Shown here: piece after piece, positions 26,956 to 40,988 of the stretch
Layout: the number at the start of each line of letters is the position of its first letter
How positions within the stretch are numbered: position 1 is the stretch's first letter
NCBI RefSeq assembly: GCF_009914755.1
Contig: NC_060936.1
Reading direction: 5' to 3' (one strand)
From: the human T2T-CHM13v2.0 reference genome, Homo sapiens
Length of the DNA stretch: 64,000 nt
The notes under the pieces: generated by a model
Told to the model about the DNA's origin: nothing
Databases searched by the model: none
Seen by the model: only the letters and a program-made list of their open reading frames with translations
Position numbers and translations under genes: made by a program

Positions 26956-28329
26956 ATAGCCTCCAGTTTATAATAATTTCCCTTTCTCTGGAAATTAATC
27001 ACAAAATACAGGTGTGAGTACCTACAAACAAGTGGCTAAAGCATAGCATTCTGCCCCTCTAACCTTGACTGACTGACCCACAGGTGAAGACCTGACCCCA
27101 AGTGGGCCTCTTATGAAAAGTCTTATGGTGACATCACTTCAGCTTCCTTACCATAGGGAGACAGACATGAACCCCTATTTCTGAGGTTAGAGGTGACCCC
27201 AACCCTTTTTTTCCTGAGTCTCAGATTCTGTGAGATACCTGAATATTCTTCCAATATGTTATATTGAATATTCCAATATTCTTCCACTTACTTTTTTCCC
27301 TTAAGCTAGCCAGAGCCAGTTTCTATTATGTGCAACCAAAAAACATTAACCAAAGCAGTCAAGCACAGATCCCAGCAAGTAATCCCTGGATACTTGGCAC
27401 TTGTTGGCTTCTCATTTCCTCTACCGTACCAATCCGCATCCAAAATGGGAACACTCTTTGATTTATTTTAAGGAATGTTAAAAATATAACTGAACCAAAG
27501 CCTCTATTGTCTAACAAAGCCAAGTAAATCACAGATACCCAAAACTATGAACAAACAGTGCCCTATTTAAAAGCTTTCTGTCACTCAGAATCTAGAGTAG
27601 AGGTTTAAACTCAGCTTTGCTGAATGCTGACTCACGTTCCATTTCAAAGGAGGCTTACTCAGTGATTGCTTTGAAATCAAAACCAGAACAATGTCCCTAT
27701 GATTGGTGTTATTCTTCAGTGAGTCAGTTATCTATTATTATAACTTCTTTTTTTTTATCTGACAATTAAACTGAACGGAATCAGGAAATGTTCTCTATAT
27801 TTAAAAGAGTAATACATCTGAATAATAAAAAATGTATATATAAACCTGGAAAATATTTATAAAACTCCCAAAGAAAAGGAGACTTTGATCAAAGCACTCT
27901 GCCTCTAGTCTTCTGTTTACATACTAGTAAACAGCTCTGCCATATCTCCAAAGACTCTGCTAACAAAAAGCAGAAAGCCAATGTGTTCTGAATCCACAGG
28001 CTCCTTACTTGTAGGCATCACCATCAGCATCACAGTAAGTGGATGTTATCACTATATATGAGAGCCCACAGTTGTGACTGCTGGGCTCTTTTTTTAAGCC
28101 AGGCAAAACTAAAACTGTTCTCTGAATTTAACTGATAAACACATTTTTAGCCCACCCAGTCCCCCATAATCCACAGGCTACTTGCTCACCAATCATTGGT
28201 ATATATAAGTAGAAGGGAAAGAGCAGGTAGAATTTTCTTTGATCTGGTTTTGTTTTCTTACCCCACCTTACCAAGCATTCATTCTCAACAAGTTGCTCCC
28301 CCTTAAATTGTCCCCATTCCTGGGGTCAC

Positions 28330-28545
28330 TATATATTGAACTTTTCCTATGGAGTACTTATATAATTAAATAATGTTTTAATTGTTATTTATAATTAATA
28401 ATTTGTGTTTTTATTTATGTCTGCCTCCTCCTAAGCAGAGAGACCACATCTGTTTTGTTTGTTATATCAATGCATTTCATAGTGCCTAGCCTGTAGTGAG
28501 GACTTAGTGTATAATTGAGTTAATAAATAATTGAATCAATCAATA
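28330..28545 (+). mobile_element. L2 3' end
   Basis: atagtgcctagcctgtagtgaggacttag...aaataattgaatcaatcaat. Confidence 0.55.
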
Positions 28546-30189
28546 AAACAATTATTGCACCTGCAATGTAATTAACCAACTAATTCCCAGCTAATAGATT
28601 CTGACTACCGCTTTAAAGGATTTAGCTAAAGTTGCTGTGTTTCTGAATGAGATCCTGTAAGAAAATTAACGCTCATAAAACAGTAAAACCTACTTTCTAT
28701 ATAAATCAGTAAAATTTCTGAAAACTCTAAAATGAACTCTGCATTTCCAATGATACTCAAATGACTAAATCACATTGATTGAAATGTGCTACCCAAATTT
28801 AGAAGATCCTCTAAATATAAGTAGGGAAGAACATATGGGAAATTATATGTGAAATCATTTCATATGGTGCTGAGTTGGGCCTAGCTACAAGAGTAAACAG
28901 CGTCTGCTTGAGAGGGCCATAGAACAGCATTAAACCTACTGGTCCGTCAGTTTGGAGTTGGAACACATAGGGAGCAACAACATTTAGAGGACAGACTGAG
29001 TGCATAAAGTTTTGTGATCAAGAGTAGAAGATTCAGAGGGCCCAGTGGAAGTTATGTGTAAAGAGAGGAGAGGTGCTTAAGATTGGGTCAGATCAGGGAA
29101 TGTCCAGAGCAGTGTATGAGTCCTGGTGATAACGATGCCAAGAATATCTGACAGTATTTTTCAATTCATTTCTGACTCTGAATTGTGATACAGATTGGCC
29201 TTGTTGTGAGAAATACACAGAAATCAAGAAACAAACTTATTCAAAAGGTAGGAAAATTTGACTCAGTCCTGGCAAACATTCGGTTCTCAGAAGTCTGGTA
29301 GCTGATTTAAAAAGAAAAAAAAAATGAAGCCACAGAATGTACAAATTGCTGACTTCAACACAGCTCAGATACTGAAATAGATAGTAGAAGATTTCTTGTG
29401 ACAAGATATATATGTAATGAATTTTGAGTTTTGTCCCTTTTATTGAGGTACTTTTTTCTGAAATTGTTACAACCACTAAACAGCACTACATTTTTTGAAA
29501 CATTTTTCCTATAGTATTTTTTGGTTTTTTGCCTGATTAGCTGCCAAATGTAAATGTTTAATTCAACTCTACAAAAATGTTTAACACTTAGTGATTCAAT
29601 TAGTAAGTTTATACCTATTGTCTCAGTGAGCTATTCTTTAAAATTCATTATATGTTATAATTTTATAGGCAAACTAATATGTTTTTATGATTCTTGGCTT
29701 TTTATAGATAAAAATAAGCAACAATACATGTTTTTCTTATAATTTTCTCTTTTTTTCTTATAAAGCAGGAAAAAACTTCTATATTCTGTGTCAGTTGGTT
29801 GCAGTTATAGAAAATGCAGTAAACTAGGTAGAAATATCAAATAAGATTTTTATAAAACTGGTCTGTATGGTTCCAAGCAATCCAGATAAATAACCAGCTA
29901 CGGTCATTGAAGAGTAAGATGTATTCACTTCTATGTGAATGAATTCAAAGTGCAACAGTGATTCTACTTAATATAAATCCTTTGATATACTGGCATTTCC
30001 GCACAGGAAGAATACTTGTGTTCAGAAATATGTGTTTTATGCCTATTCCTTAGAATTTTAGATGCATATTCTCAATTATACATATTAAATAGTCCACAGA
30101 GAAACCTAAACTTCTGTAAAACTCATAACGCAGTGTTATTTAGACCCTAACCTCAAATGTAACAAGGATGGTACCCTCATTATTTTTTT

Positions 30190-30680
30190 ATTCCCTCTTT
30201 CTATGTGATTCCATGGCTTTAAATAATCTCCATGTGCTAAAGACCACCACATTTGTAGCTCCAGCCCATTTAAGTGCAGAGTCCTAGATTCAGCTGCCTA
30301 CTTGATATTTCCACTTAGATGTGGTACTTAACATATCAAAAACAGTATTCTTCATCCTCACTCCACCTCTGCCACCCAAATTCTTTTCTCATGTGTGTCT
30401 TTTCTAATATTCCTCATCTCAGTGAATGTCAGCATCATCCCTCCCTGCTTCCCCTCCCCATTCCCTACACCAAACTCAGTCCTGTCAGCTCTACTCAAAA
30501 TATATCCTGAATCCATCTGTCTTTTTCCATTCATTCTGACCACTACCTACCAAACCAGTCTTTATGATCTCTAGCCTAGACTTTTGAAATGGCCTTCTAA
30601 AAGAGTACTTGCTTCCATTCTTGCCCCCAAGTATTCTGTATTATAGCCAATGATCTCCTAAAACCTAAATTTATTGAATC
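30190..30680 (+). mobile_element. L2 fragment
   Basis: ttccatggctttaaataatc...cagctgcctacttgatatttccacttagatgt are L2 motifs. Confidence 0.65.
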
Positions 30681-31994
30681 ATTGTAAATGTAATGTCTTT
30701 ATGGTAAAATGTATTCATTGTCTCATTCTGATTCCAGGAACATATACAATATAGTAGGAATAGATGTAAGCCATTTGTTGTGATGTATGTCACTGAGGCA
30801 GGGATGCTAACAGAATCAAGTCTGCAGATGATAAAAGTTCAACTGAGTTGAAGAAAGGGAGAAAGTAAATGAATAGTTAAGAGACATGCAAACCTCCATT
30901 GATATGTATGTAACCTCTTGGGAGTCAGCTGGCTTCTTTTTCTTCCCCTTTTCTTCTGTATGACTTAAAGTTTGACCTGCCTGCTTCTTTCTACTCTACT
31001 GTTAGTTACTCTCAAACTAAAGTTTCTCTCCTTGAAAGTTTACTTGGGAACAGAATTCAGTGTTATAAATATCCACACTCTCGTTCAGTTTTGATTAAGA
31101 GTTCCATTTGTGATGGTGAGAAATCTGGGAGTAAAAAAAGGACTCCTTCCTGTTGTCTTTTCCTCTCTGGCCCCTTTACCTTTTGGTGAATCTTTTCATA
31201 CAGAATTGCATATACTGCAAAAGAATATGCAGCTTCAGGCTATTCTTGACATTCTCTGACTGAGTTGGAGTGTCGAGCAAATAGGAGCTTGGTACAGGGT
31301 AGTTAAGGAAAAGCCCAGCAGGGCATGAAGGCCCAACAACATGTAACTAGCCTCACTGGCCATGAAAAGTTTACTCTTGTCTCTTCTTCTCCCTGCTGTG
31401 TGACATCACCAATTCTGTCATCATGGCAAACACTGACCAAGAAATACCAGATAGGAAGCTTAAGTAAAATGGGAATGGGGTCAAGAGGGAGGGAAAATTG
31501 CAAAATCCAATAAATCTTAAATAAGAGCAGCAGGAAAGGAAAGGGCCATTTTATTGCCTAAAACCACCTGGCTTTTAGGTAACAGTTCCAACATGTCCTT
31601 TTTTGAATAGCTGTTCTAATTATTATATATTCAGCTGATTAATAGGAGTACTTGATAGGTGGACTGTGTCAGGTAGCCTCAGGCAATCCTACTTCAACAA
31701 GCTGTCAGGGAGCCATGCCATGCTTCTTTATGACATAGGTGAATTTGATAGGCTCACTAGCAGAACATGGGATCACAAGGCTGGAACCATTCCATTTCCA
31801 TGAAATAATTTAAGTAAGCCAATACAAGGGGAAGGGGTGGGAATAAAGGTCTGAGATGGTCTTTAGTTTTACATTTTGTGCTAGAGGTATTTTTACATAC
31901 TTTTAAAGAATAGAGGGTGCCTGTATCTTAGTACACTTAATAAGAAAGAAAAATTATACTGTAATTGGGTATCGTCGTTGTCAATCATTTGGCA

Positions 31995-32190
31995 ATGTTA
32001 CCTGATAAAAGTTTCTGAGATGATGGAAACTCTCTCTATATGCACGGCCCAGCTTGCTTGCTCCTAGCTACATGTGGTTACTGAACACTTGAAATGTGGC
32101 TAGTGTGACAGAGGACACTAATTAATTTTATTTTATTTAAATTTTATAGTTACATGTGACTAGTGGCTACTCTTGGAAAATGCAAATATA
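31995..32190. mobile_element. MER3-like hAT MITE
   Basis: gatgatggaaa...tagctacatgtggttactgaacacttgaaatgtggctagtgtgac...tacatgtgactagtggctac. Confidence 0.75.
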
Positions 32191-33789
32191 GAGATTCCCT
32201 TGCCAGAGGGGAAGCAGTAACCAAGTTATTTCTCCTAATCACACAAACACAGTTACGTTTGTTTCCTTCCACCCCTCTTAAGATTGGTGTGTAGAGTAGG
32301 CATGTCATGAGTACAAATGCATGTGAAACACTTCAAGAAAAAAAGAAAGCTGAGAACCCAGTGCTGTTGATATATTATTTAATTGCATAATGCGTACAGA
32401 TTAAAGGAGACCTTACTGGAAAACTTTCTAGTGTATGATTCTTAGAGCTGGGAACACTTCTAGTTTAGTGCCACCAAGAAAGGATTTCTCTGATCTTCGG
32501 CCAAAATTATCCTAAAAATAGAAACTCGTCTATTTAAATTTGAATTTCTGCCTTGGTTTGTTTTTGAGAGTTGCCTGGAGAATCATTATGACCATAGTTT
32601 TAAAGATTAAGCAGAAAATGAGTAACTGCATATAAAGATTCAGACTTCCAAAATGGACTTTGGGGAATGCAAAATAATGTCTAATTATTATGCCTTTGAA
32701 ATTATTTTACTTACACCACCGCCCCCCCCCCCCGCCCCAGTAATTGAATTTGTTGAGAAGTAGCTTTTCGTTTTAAAAAATTACTGAGCTTGAATTATAC
32801 CATGTATTGTGCTAGTCATATTACAACTAGTGAGTGCCTTTAACAGTTCTGTGAGGTAGATACCTCCTATTAAAGAAGAGGAAAGCAATGCTTACAGAGG
32901 CTAATTAACTTACCAATGATCACTGCCGGTTCCATACCAGGTCGGCCTGATGCCCACGCTTTTCACAAGGGCAGGTATTGCCTTTTGCAAGTAATATTCA
33001 CCTACTTTTTTAAATTTAGCCACGCATTCTGTTTGGATTCACTTTTGTAATATATCTCCCACCAAAGGATGCTAATGATCTTTCTCAGCACAAGCTCCAG
33101 GCACAGCTTTTTGACAACCAGATTATGCTGAGTGGTATATCACCAAAGCTGCACTAAGCCCTCTGGCTTGTGAGGCATCAGACCAGTTTGTATGCTGGTG
33201 GGACAAAACTGTGGGAAAATCATTTCCCTTCTATGCCAAATTTCATTTAATTGCTATTGTTTACCTAGTGGGAAAAGACTTATGTTCCACAGCTCAAGAA
33301 AATCAATCCTACTTCAATACAGTGACTTAACCTGGAGTTACATTAGCTTAATGAAAAAAAGGCCTGGCTGAAATATAAAATCAAGAAATCAACTATAATT
33401 TAGCTAATATAATGTAACAATAAAAATTCTTCCAGAAGATTAATCTTCCCCAAAGCTCTAATCAATTCTTAAAATCATCAGTCCAAATCAGTAAGTCAGT
33501 GGCATAATAAGCATTATAATCTTAACATTTTCAAAGAAGAAAATTGAAAGAGTGAATAAAGTAATTTCATTCTGTCCTAAATTTTATTCAAAGAAAGAAC
33601 ATAACACAAAACCTGAAACTACCAGCTTCTTTCCTCAAATTTTACCTATTCATTGAAACTGATACAGCTCATCCATGATATCAGCATGGGAAACCACATC
33701 ACATATTATTTGGAAATACATAAATGAGTATTGTTCCCATTGCAAAACTTAGAGATTTGCGTTCCTCCCTTTCATAACTTACCATAGTT

Positions 33790-33980
33790 CATCCAGCATG
33801 GAGCCAGCCTCCCTGGTTCAAGTCTCAAGGCTGTCATTTACCAGCTTAACATATAAGATCTCCAGTGCCTCAGTTTCCTCAGTTTTAGAAAGACGACAAT
33901 AGAATGTACTTCATAAGATTGTTTGAGTGCTAATACATAAAAAGCAATTAAAACCGTGTCTGGCCCGTAGTTAAGAGTTT
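33790..33980 (+). mobile_element. MIR
   Basis: ctggttcaagtctc...gtgcctcagtttcctca core. Confidence 0.65.
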
Positions 33981-34105
33981 ATGTCCTGTATTCATAAAGA
34001 AACAGTGGCTGTTTACATCATCCTTACTTTTAAATTTGTCACTATTTTTGTTAATATTTTTAGGATTGATGATATATTATTTTTTGGCTTTTAAAAATAT
34101 GTTTG

Positions 34106-34364
34106 GGCTGAGTGCAGTGGCTCACGCCTGTAATCCCAACACTTTGGGAGGCCGAGGCCAGTAGACCACGAGGTGAAGAGATCGAGACCATCCTGGCCAA
34201 CATGGTGAAACCCCGGCTCTACTAAAAATACAAAACTTAGCTGGGCGTGGTGGTGGGCACCTGTAATCCCAGCTACTTGAATCCGGCAGGCGGAGGGTGC
34301 AGTGAGCCGAGATTGCACCTCTGTATTCCAGCCTGGCAACAGAGCGAGAATCCATCTCAAAAAA
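34106..34364 (+). mobile_element. Alu (AluSc-like) with a right-arm internal deletion
   Basis: ggctcacgcctgtaatccc...aagagatcgagaccatcctggccaac. cccagctacttgaa lacks the usual gggaggctgaggcaggagaatcg block. TSD aaaaatatgtttg at 34093-34105. Confidence 0.93.
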
Positions 34365-35614
34365 TATATATATGTTTGTTATACTGATTCATTTGTTCTG
34401 ATTGACAGTTTTCTGTTAAACTGTGTCTTACTTTATTTGAAGAATGTTTATGATCTATCATCTTCCAGCGAGATGTTCTGTTAGCTTCTAAGTAAGAAGC
34501 TTAGAATTCTGCAAAACATTTTCAGAGAGGGTGCATAAAAATAATGCTTTATTGCATGACTTTTTTTTTTTTTTTTTTTTTTTTTTGGTGGCAGCAAATA
34601 TGTTGAGAATTCTAAGATGCTCTTTCCTTCAGTGGTTATCTAAAAAGTGTTAAACTGTGAGCATCTGCCTGGCATGCAAACTTCATGTTTTACTGTTGTG
34701 ATTATCCCAGGCAGCAGATCACAGGTATGTTTACCTTCAACAGACTTAGTCCCTTAATTTCTTCCCTGTCCTCCTTTTCCTTCTTCCCCAGTCTGCTGAA
34801 TTCCTGTCTGCTATGAAGAGTGGTGACAAATACTAATCTGAACTAGACCACAGTCATATAAAGTCAGATTGAGGACTTGGCCTTGTATCAAACCTGAAGT
34901 GGAGGGGAAGGGTGGAAACTGCTGTCTTGTAAATAGCCACCCAGGGCGTAAGCCCTGAAAACATGTAAATATCACTATGTCCCATATGCATTATTTCTCA
35001 ATTTTGTCATGCTACCTTTGCCAGCTAGTTTAACTGAGTATGATTTACAGTTATTTTATTGGACATTTTTTGACAATTTGAGTACAGTTCTGGATGTAAT
35101 ATTAAATCCTCTTCTGGCTCAGCAGATTGCAAAATTGCACGTTCTGTCTACACATCAAATCCTAGGTCTGGAGGGGAATTGCAGACTTTACCTAGTCCAG
35201 TACATCCAGAAAATACTGCGTTTGAGCTTTTCCATAGCAGATGGTATTTCACCCTATCCTAAATGACATCCAAACAAGAAGATTGATGATATGATTAAAG
35301 ACTGTGAAGAAAGGTTAAAATTAAGCTTGGCTTCTGTTTCTTTTAAATTCATAAAATTTTTTCTTCTTCAAGGATCTCTAGCCAATTCCAATGGCTGAGC
35401 CAATAAGTTTAATCATACCTTTATGACTGAAGAGGAAACTAAATATGGTAAATAAATGTTAACAATTTAGTTCTAAATTGTTTGTGTCAACTTTATATAT
35501 CAGGTTTGAGATTGATCAGTTTTTTAATCTATCTGGAATCTGGTGTTGAAAAGTCCCAGAAATAAAAGCTATTCTAAAGAAGTTTCAGAAAATCAACTCA
35601 ATTCTTGTAACCTT

Positions 35615-35928
35615 CATACCCGAAGACTGAGTAATTTATAAAGAAAAAGGTTTAGTAGACTCACAGTTCCACATGCCTGGGGAGGCCTCACAATGATGGC
35701 AGAAGACAAAGGAAGAGCAACGGGACTTCTCACATGGCAGTGGGCAGTAGAGTGTGTGCAGGGGAACTCCCCTTTATAAACCCATCAGATCTCAAGAGAT
35801 TTATTTATTCACTATCGCAAGAACAGCACAGGAAAGACTTCCCACAGGGTCCCTCCCACAACATGTGGGAATTATGGGAGCTACAATTCAAGATGAGATT
35901 TGAGTGGGGACACAACCAAACCATATCA
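35615..35928 (-). mobile_element. THE1-type solo LTR, truncated and internally deleted
   Basis: gactcacagttccacatg..ggggaggcctcacaat...ggggacacaaccaaaccatatca. Confidence 0.9.
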
Positions 35929-36494
35929 CTCTTTTATAGATATTTTGCTATGACCAGAAACCAAAGCTTTGCCTACATGAGTTTACATTATAATTACATT
36001 ACATTATAATATTTTTCTAAGAATTCCAAGAAAAAAGTGTAAATGGTCCAAGGAAGGAAAATTTGCTTTTTGTCAAACTCCCATTTGTTGAATATGATAT
36101 ATTTAGCAATAAAATGAATATTTGGCTCAGAACAATACATTCTAATCAGCTTTCCATTGAACATGCCATCATCACAGTTTCTGTAATTATTTAGAATTCT
36201 TTATTGAGCTATAATTGACAAAGGAAAGATAGATTGCATTAAAATACTAGATACATGGCATTTAAAAGTTGTTTTAAAATAAGTTCCCCTTGATTTTAAC
36301 GTAAGCTTTGGTTAGGTTAAATAAAATGTTTTCAAACTCAGAGTTCCCCTCTGTAATCAGCATCTAAGATCTGATGTTACTTATTATTACTAAGGAGTTT
36401 CTTCAACAATTCATTTTTTATGATTTCTCCACCTTAAAGGCTTATGATACTGTTATGAATTTCATAACATTATGAGATCTCTGCTTCTGGGACA

Positions 36495-36858
36495 GAAGGA
36501 TAGATTGATCCTATTTCCCTACTCCATGGCAGGTAGGTGGAGCAATGCCACGAGCACTGTGGGGCTGCAGGCAGAGTGATGTGTATCATGCCAAGCCAAA
36601 CCATTTATTTACTGCTGCCAGACCCTCCAACCCAGAGCTCTCCCTCTGGGTGACAGTGGAAGAGGCCTTTTGTTGAGATTGTGGAGACACAAGATCAAAA
36701 CAGCATCACTGAGTTACCACATGAAGTACAGTTACCTTAGAGGGTCTCCTATATCTACAAATGGTTATAATTGAAAAATCAACCCTTTTTGGGGTAAGTC
36801 ACCGAGAACTGGGAGTTTTCTATTATTATAGCATAACCTGATCTGTCTTATAACTACA
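36495..36858 (+). mobile_element. Old MLT1-like LTR remnant
   Basis: Ends taagtcaccgagaactgggagttttctattattatagcataacctg, resembling an MLT1 3' end. Confidence 0.5.
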
Positions 36859-38048
36859 AAAGATAAAGCAAACCTCAGGAGAACATCTGGCCTCTTTACA
36901 TTACCATTCCTTCAGAATCTCTAGAGACCCACCTAAATCTTGTTGTTCCAAAGATCACATCAACCTCAACAACAATGATTATTTTTTCAATCTAATGTTT
37001 ATATGCACTACACAAGATCACCTGGGATGCAAAGATGATCAGGATACAATCCTTTGCCTTGGGGTTAATATAAAAGTATTTTCCAAGGTTATGTTGAATC
37101 ATTTTCTGTTGGGAAATTTTACTGAAAACTTTTTCCCTTTTTTAAAAATTTCTTAATTTGAAAATGGTGTGCACACGTATACACACACATACATTAAGAG
37201 TGTATGTTATATTGTTATACATTCAGTCTGTATGAATGTTATAAACATACGTGAGTATATACATTTGAAGGGGTAGGGGAGAGAGAAAGATACAAGGTGC
37301 TACATACCTCAGTTTGTCTTTTGATAAATTCCAAAATCCAGACATAATAAATTTATAATCAGTGTAATTGTAACCTACCTACAACATCTTGCACAGAATA
37401 AAATATCGTTTCCAGATAATAGGGAAATCACATAACTCATTTCCAGCCAGTTTGTAACTGGTATTTTTTTTCTTTTTTTCAGAGTTGTTTGAAAGAAATT
37501 GGTGCAAGAAAAAATAGTTTTGCTATTACGTTATATTTACACTTAGTAGCAGTGTTTTTTGCTAAATCAAATGCACGTCTTATTGAATTAAAGCCAAATA
37601 ACTGCTTTTCAGCCACACCTTACTTAGCACCTTAGCTTGCCTCTGGCCTGGGTATGCTACTGAGTGTTGACAAGCCCGTCCTTCATACTTCAGATAAATG
37701 AAAACACTAATTTATGGAAAAGGCATGTGTGACATCTGGGCTTAGCTTTTCTTCATTTAGTTTGATAATCCAGTTTTTAAAATTGTCAGTAATAAAAGGG
37801 TCATTATTAATGTTTCTATTCTATTTTTCATGCTAAAGGTTTTGTTGTTTTTAACCTGTATTATCTCATTCATCCCTACACACCTCCTTCAGTGGCTAAT
37901 GGTGTTATTATGGTATGTATTAGGAAAGTAAGACTAATTAACTTCCTGAGGCACACAGATATCGAGTGGACAAACTACCATCCCAACTCAAGTCCTTGCT
38001 TCCATCACATTTTTTAGTATCACAGTTTTTAATATAAAAAAATCATTT

Positions 38049-38350
38049 GGCTGGGCACGGTGGCTCACGCCTGTAATCCCAGCACTTTAGGAGGCCGAGG
38101 TGGGTGGATCACGTGAGGTCAGGAGTTCGAGACCAGCCTGACTAACATGGTGAAACCCCGTTTCTACTAAAAATACAAAATATTAGCTGAGTGTGGTGGC
38201 GTGCGCCTGTAATCCCAGCTATTCAGGAGGCTAAGGCAGGAGAATCACTTGAACCCGGGAGGGAGGTGAAGGTTGCAGTGAGCCAAGATCGCACCATTGC
38301 ACTCTGGCTTGGGCACAAGAGTGAAACTCTGTCTAAAGAAAAAAAAAAAA
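38049..38350 (+). mobile_element. Alu (AluSx/Sq-like), full length
   Basis: ggctgggcacggtggctcacgcc... with A tail. TSD aaaaaaatcattt on both sides. Confidence 0.95.
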
Positions 38351-38434
38351 TCATTTTACTAATATTCCCCTCTCTAAAGTACTTCTTTTTAAACACAACA
38401 TTTCAAAACTCCAGATTCCCTTTGGAATTGCTAA

Positions 38435-38615
38435 ATAACCTCTAACAGAGTTTCTGGAAGTGTAGACTATGGATTACCTGCATCAGAATTACTTGCTTGG
38501 GTGATTATTAAACATGCAGATTCCTGGTTCTCTGCCTAAACTTTTCGAATCAGAATCTCCTAAAGAAGCTTCAGAAATTTTTATTTTAATTTATTTTCCA
38601 GATGATTCTAAACAC
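38435..38615. mobile_element. MER5A-like element
   Basis: cctgcatcagaattact...acatgcagattcctgg...aatcagaatctc...gatgattcta. Confidence 0.65.
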
Positions 38616-38894
38616 ATAAACATTATTCCCAGACAACTAAAGAAATATCTCTAAGTCACCACAGATGTGACTGACTTCATTGAAAGTGTACTTCAACAAG
38701 TCCCTTTAAGTTTGACCACTTCATGTATGTCAAGAATCTGAACAGTGAATTAACTTTAGCTAATAGTAGGAGCCAAGAAGGTGCAATGGTAACTGAAGAG
38801 AAAAGGGTAATAAGAAAATTTTTTCTTAGTTTGAAGTGTAATTTGAAGAGACACTCAACATAAATATACTAGTGGATTAATTTTAAAATATGAT

Positions 38895-39232
38895 GTTGAA
38901 GAAGTAGAGAGTAGAATGGTGGTTACCAGAGGCTGGGAAGAGGAGTGGATGAGGAAGATGTTGATCAAAAGGTATAAAATTTCAATTAGAGAGGAGGCAT
39001 AAGCTTTAGTGATCTATTGCACAGAATAGTGACTGTGATAAATAATAGGCACTGTATATTTCAAAATTACTAAAGGAGTAGGATTTAATGTTTTCATTAC
39101 AAAAAATGATAAGTATGTGAAATGATGGATTCAGTAATTAGCTTGATTTAGTCATTCCACAACGTAAGCATGTATGAAAATATAGCATTGAACCCCATAT
39201 ATAGTTCTGATCAATTAAAAATAAGATTAAAA
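38895..39232 (+). mobile_element. L1MA-type 3' end (first of two)
   Basis: gaagtagagagtagaatggtggttaccagaggctggg...tagcttgatttagtcattccaca...tcaattaaaaata. Confidence 0.85.
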
Positions 39233-39234
39233 AC

Positions 39235-39510
39235 AGGATGACTACAGTCAATAATAATTTATTGTATATTTTAAAATAACTAAAAGAGTGGAATTAGAAT
39301 GTTCCTACCACAAATGATAAATGCTTGAGGTGATGCATACCCCAATTACCCGGATGTGATTGTTACACATGGTGTGTCTATATCAAAACATCACATGTAA
39401 CCCACAAATATACACATCTATTCTGTACCCATAATAATTAAAAATACAAAACTTAAAAATAAAAATATATATGTAAAAAAGTAAAAAAATCAAAAACTAA
39501 AAAATTAAAA
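39235..39510 (+). mobile_element. L1MA-type 3' end (second, different subfamily) with A-rich tail
   Basis: gactacagtcaataataatttattgtatattttaaaataactaaaagagtgg...gaggtgatgcataccccaattaccc...gtacccataataattaaaaata. Confidence 0.85.
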
Positions 39511-40988
39511 ACTATTTAAAACTAAAGATGAGAAAAAATATGATTTTATAGGAAAAGTCATCCAAATAAAATGTCTATAGTTTAAAAATAAATAAAATAC
39601 AATATTCAATGCTGGCTTTAGGAAACATAAAAAACAAAATTTGTGAACTAGGAAGCCTATGATAAGGAATAATTTGAATATAAAAAGGAAAATGAAGCAG
39701 GTTCCTGGTGGAGAAGTGAGGTGGGGGTTGTCTGTCACCGTGCAGAGATAAGGAAAGAGGCGTGGAAGGGAATAGCCTTTGAAAACAAAATAGCCTTTGC
39801 ACACATTCTTTTAACCCAAGGTTAAGTAATAATATCCTGTTTTCCAGTTTAAAATTTGAGTCACAGAGAAGTTCCATGAATTGCCAAAGGTCAGTCAGTT
39901 AGTCAATGGCAGAACTAACCATATTCCAGTGACTCCAAATCGGCTGCTCTTTCCACCTAATTATATTGCATTTTCTTTTGTTTTAAGCCTTCCAACTAGT
40001 TTCCAGCCCATCTGAGGATTTCATATCTGCCCAAGTCAATTTGGATTAATGTAGCAAGGCCTTGGGAAACCACATTCATATTTTTGTGCCTTTCTTAGTA
40101 TGTTGTTTTCCTTCAGAATAATTACAAACTTCTGTGTTTTAATTACAATGACTTTTAGGATGCTGCAGATTTCTTCCAATCAGTTGGCTTTTGTATTTTC
40201 TTCCTGTACCTTTTCAGCACAAGACTTCTAAACTGTCTTATACCTGAGTGGGAGTGTTCCTTAGGCAGAAACCCTAACGGATAGAGCCTGTTTCCATGGC
40301 GCGATGGAGGATCACTGAAGTAGGCTCTACTGAATATTAGGTGTAAATGCTTTCAGGTAGCCCTTCTTGGTTGACTTAAACTATAAAGCAGTATTTCTTT
40401 CAAGCCATTTGGAGGCAATTTACAGGCAAAAAAACAATGTGGTCTACATAAAAGCCATAACTCTGATTTCCATGTGTCATGTGCATGTTGCACAACTCCA
40501 CAGATTATTCATAGAAACAAATTAGGAAAAGGAAGCAACTCCGCAATATGTTTTGATGAAAGAATCACTGAGCATCTCTTACTTGGCTGATGGTTAGTAT
40601 CTATGTTTGTTTATAAAACCTATGCCAATGTAATGAAATGGCTCCTATGATGTTCAAGGAAATAGATGATTGTATTATTACGATAGTTGTGGCTTTTCCA
40701 TAAATAACTTAAAGGCCAGATTTCTCTCCCCATTAAGAATCACTTCCTTATGCAATTTAGTTCATATTTGTTTCTGAGGCATCACTATTACCACTCATCT
40801 GAGATACATAGATTCCCCCTCTCTTCCTTGGTGTGGTTCTGCCACATCTTCAAAGGCTTCTGTGGAGCCGGAGATGGTCAAGGAGGTGGTGACTGAGCAT
40901 GGGATAAGCTTCACTATCATTGACAGTTCTGCCATTACGCTCTTTACTGCCACCTCACAAGGTTATAAAGATGTAGCTGACTATTCTT

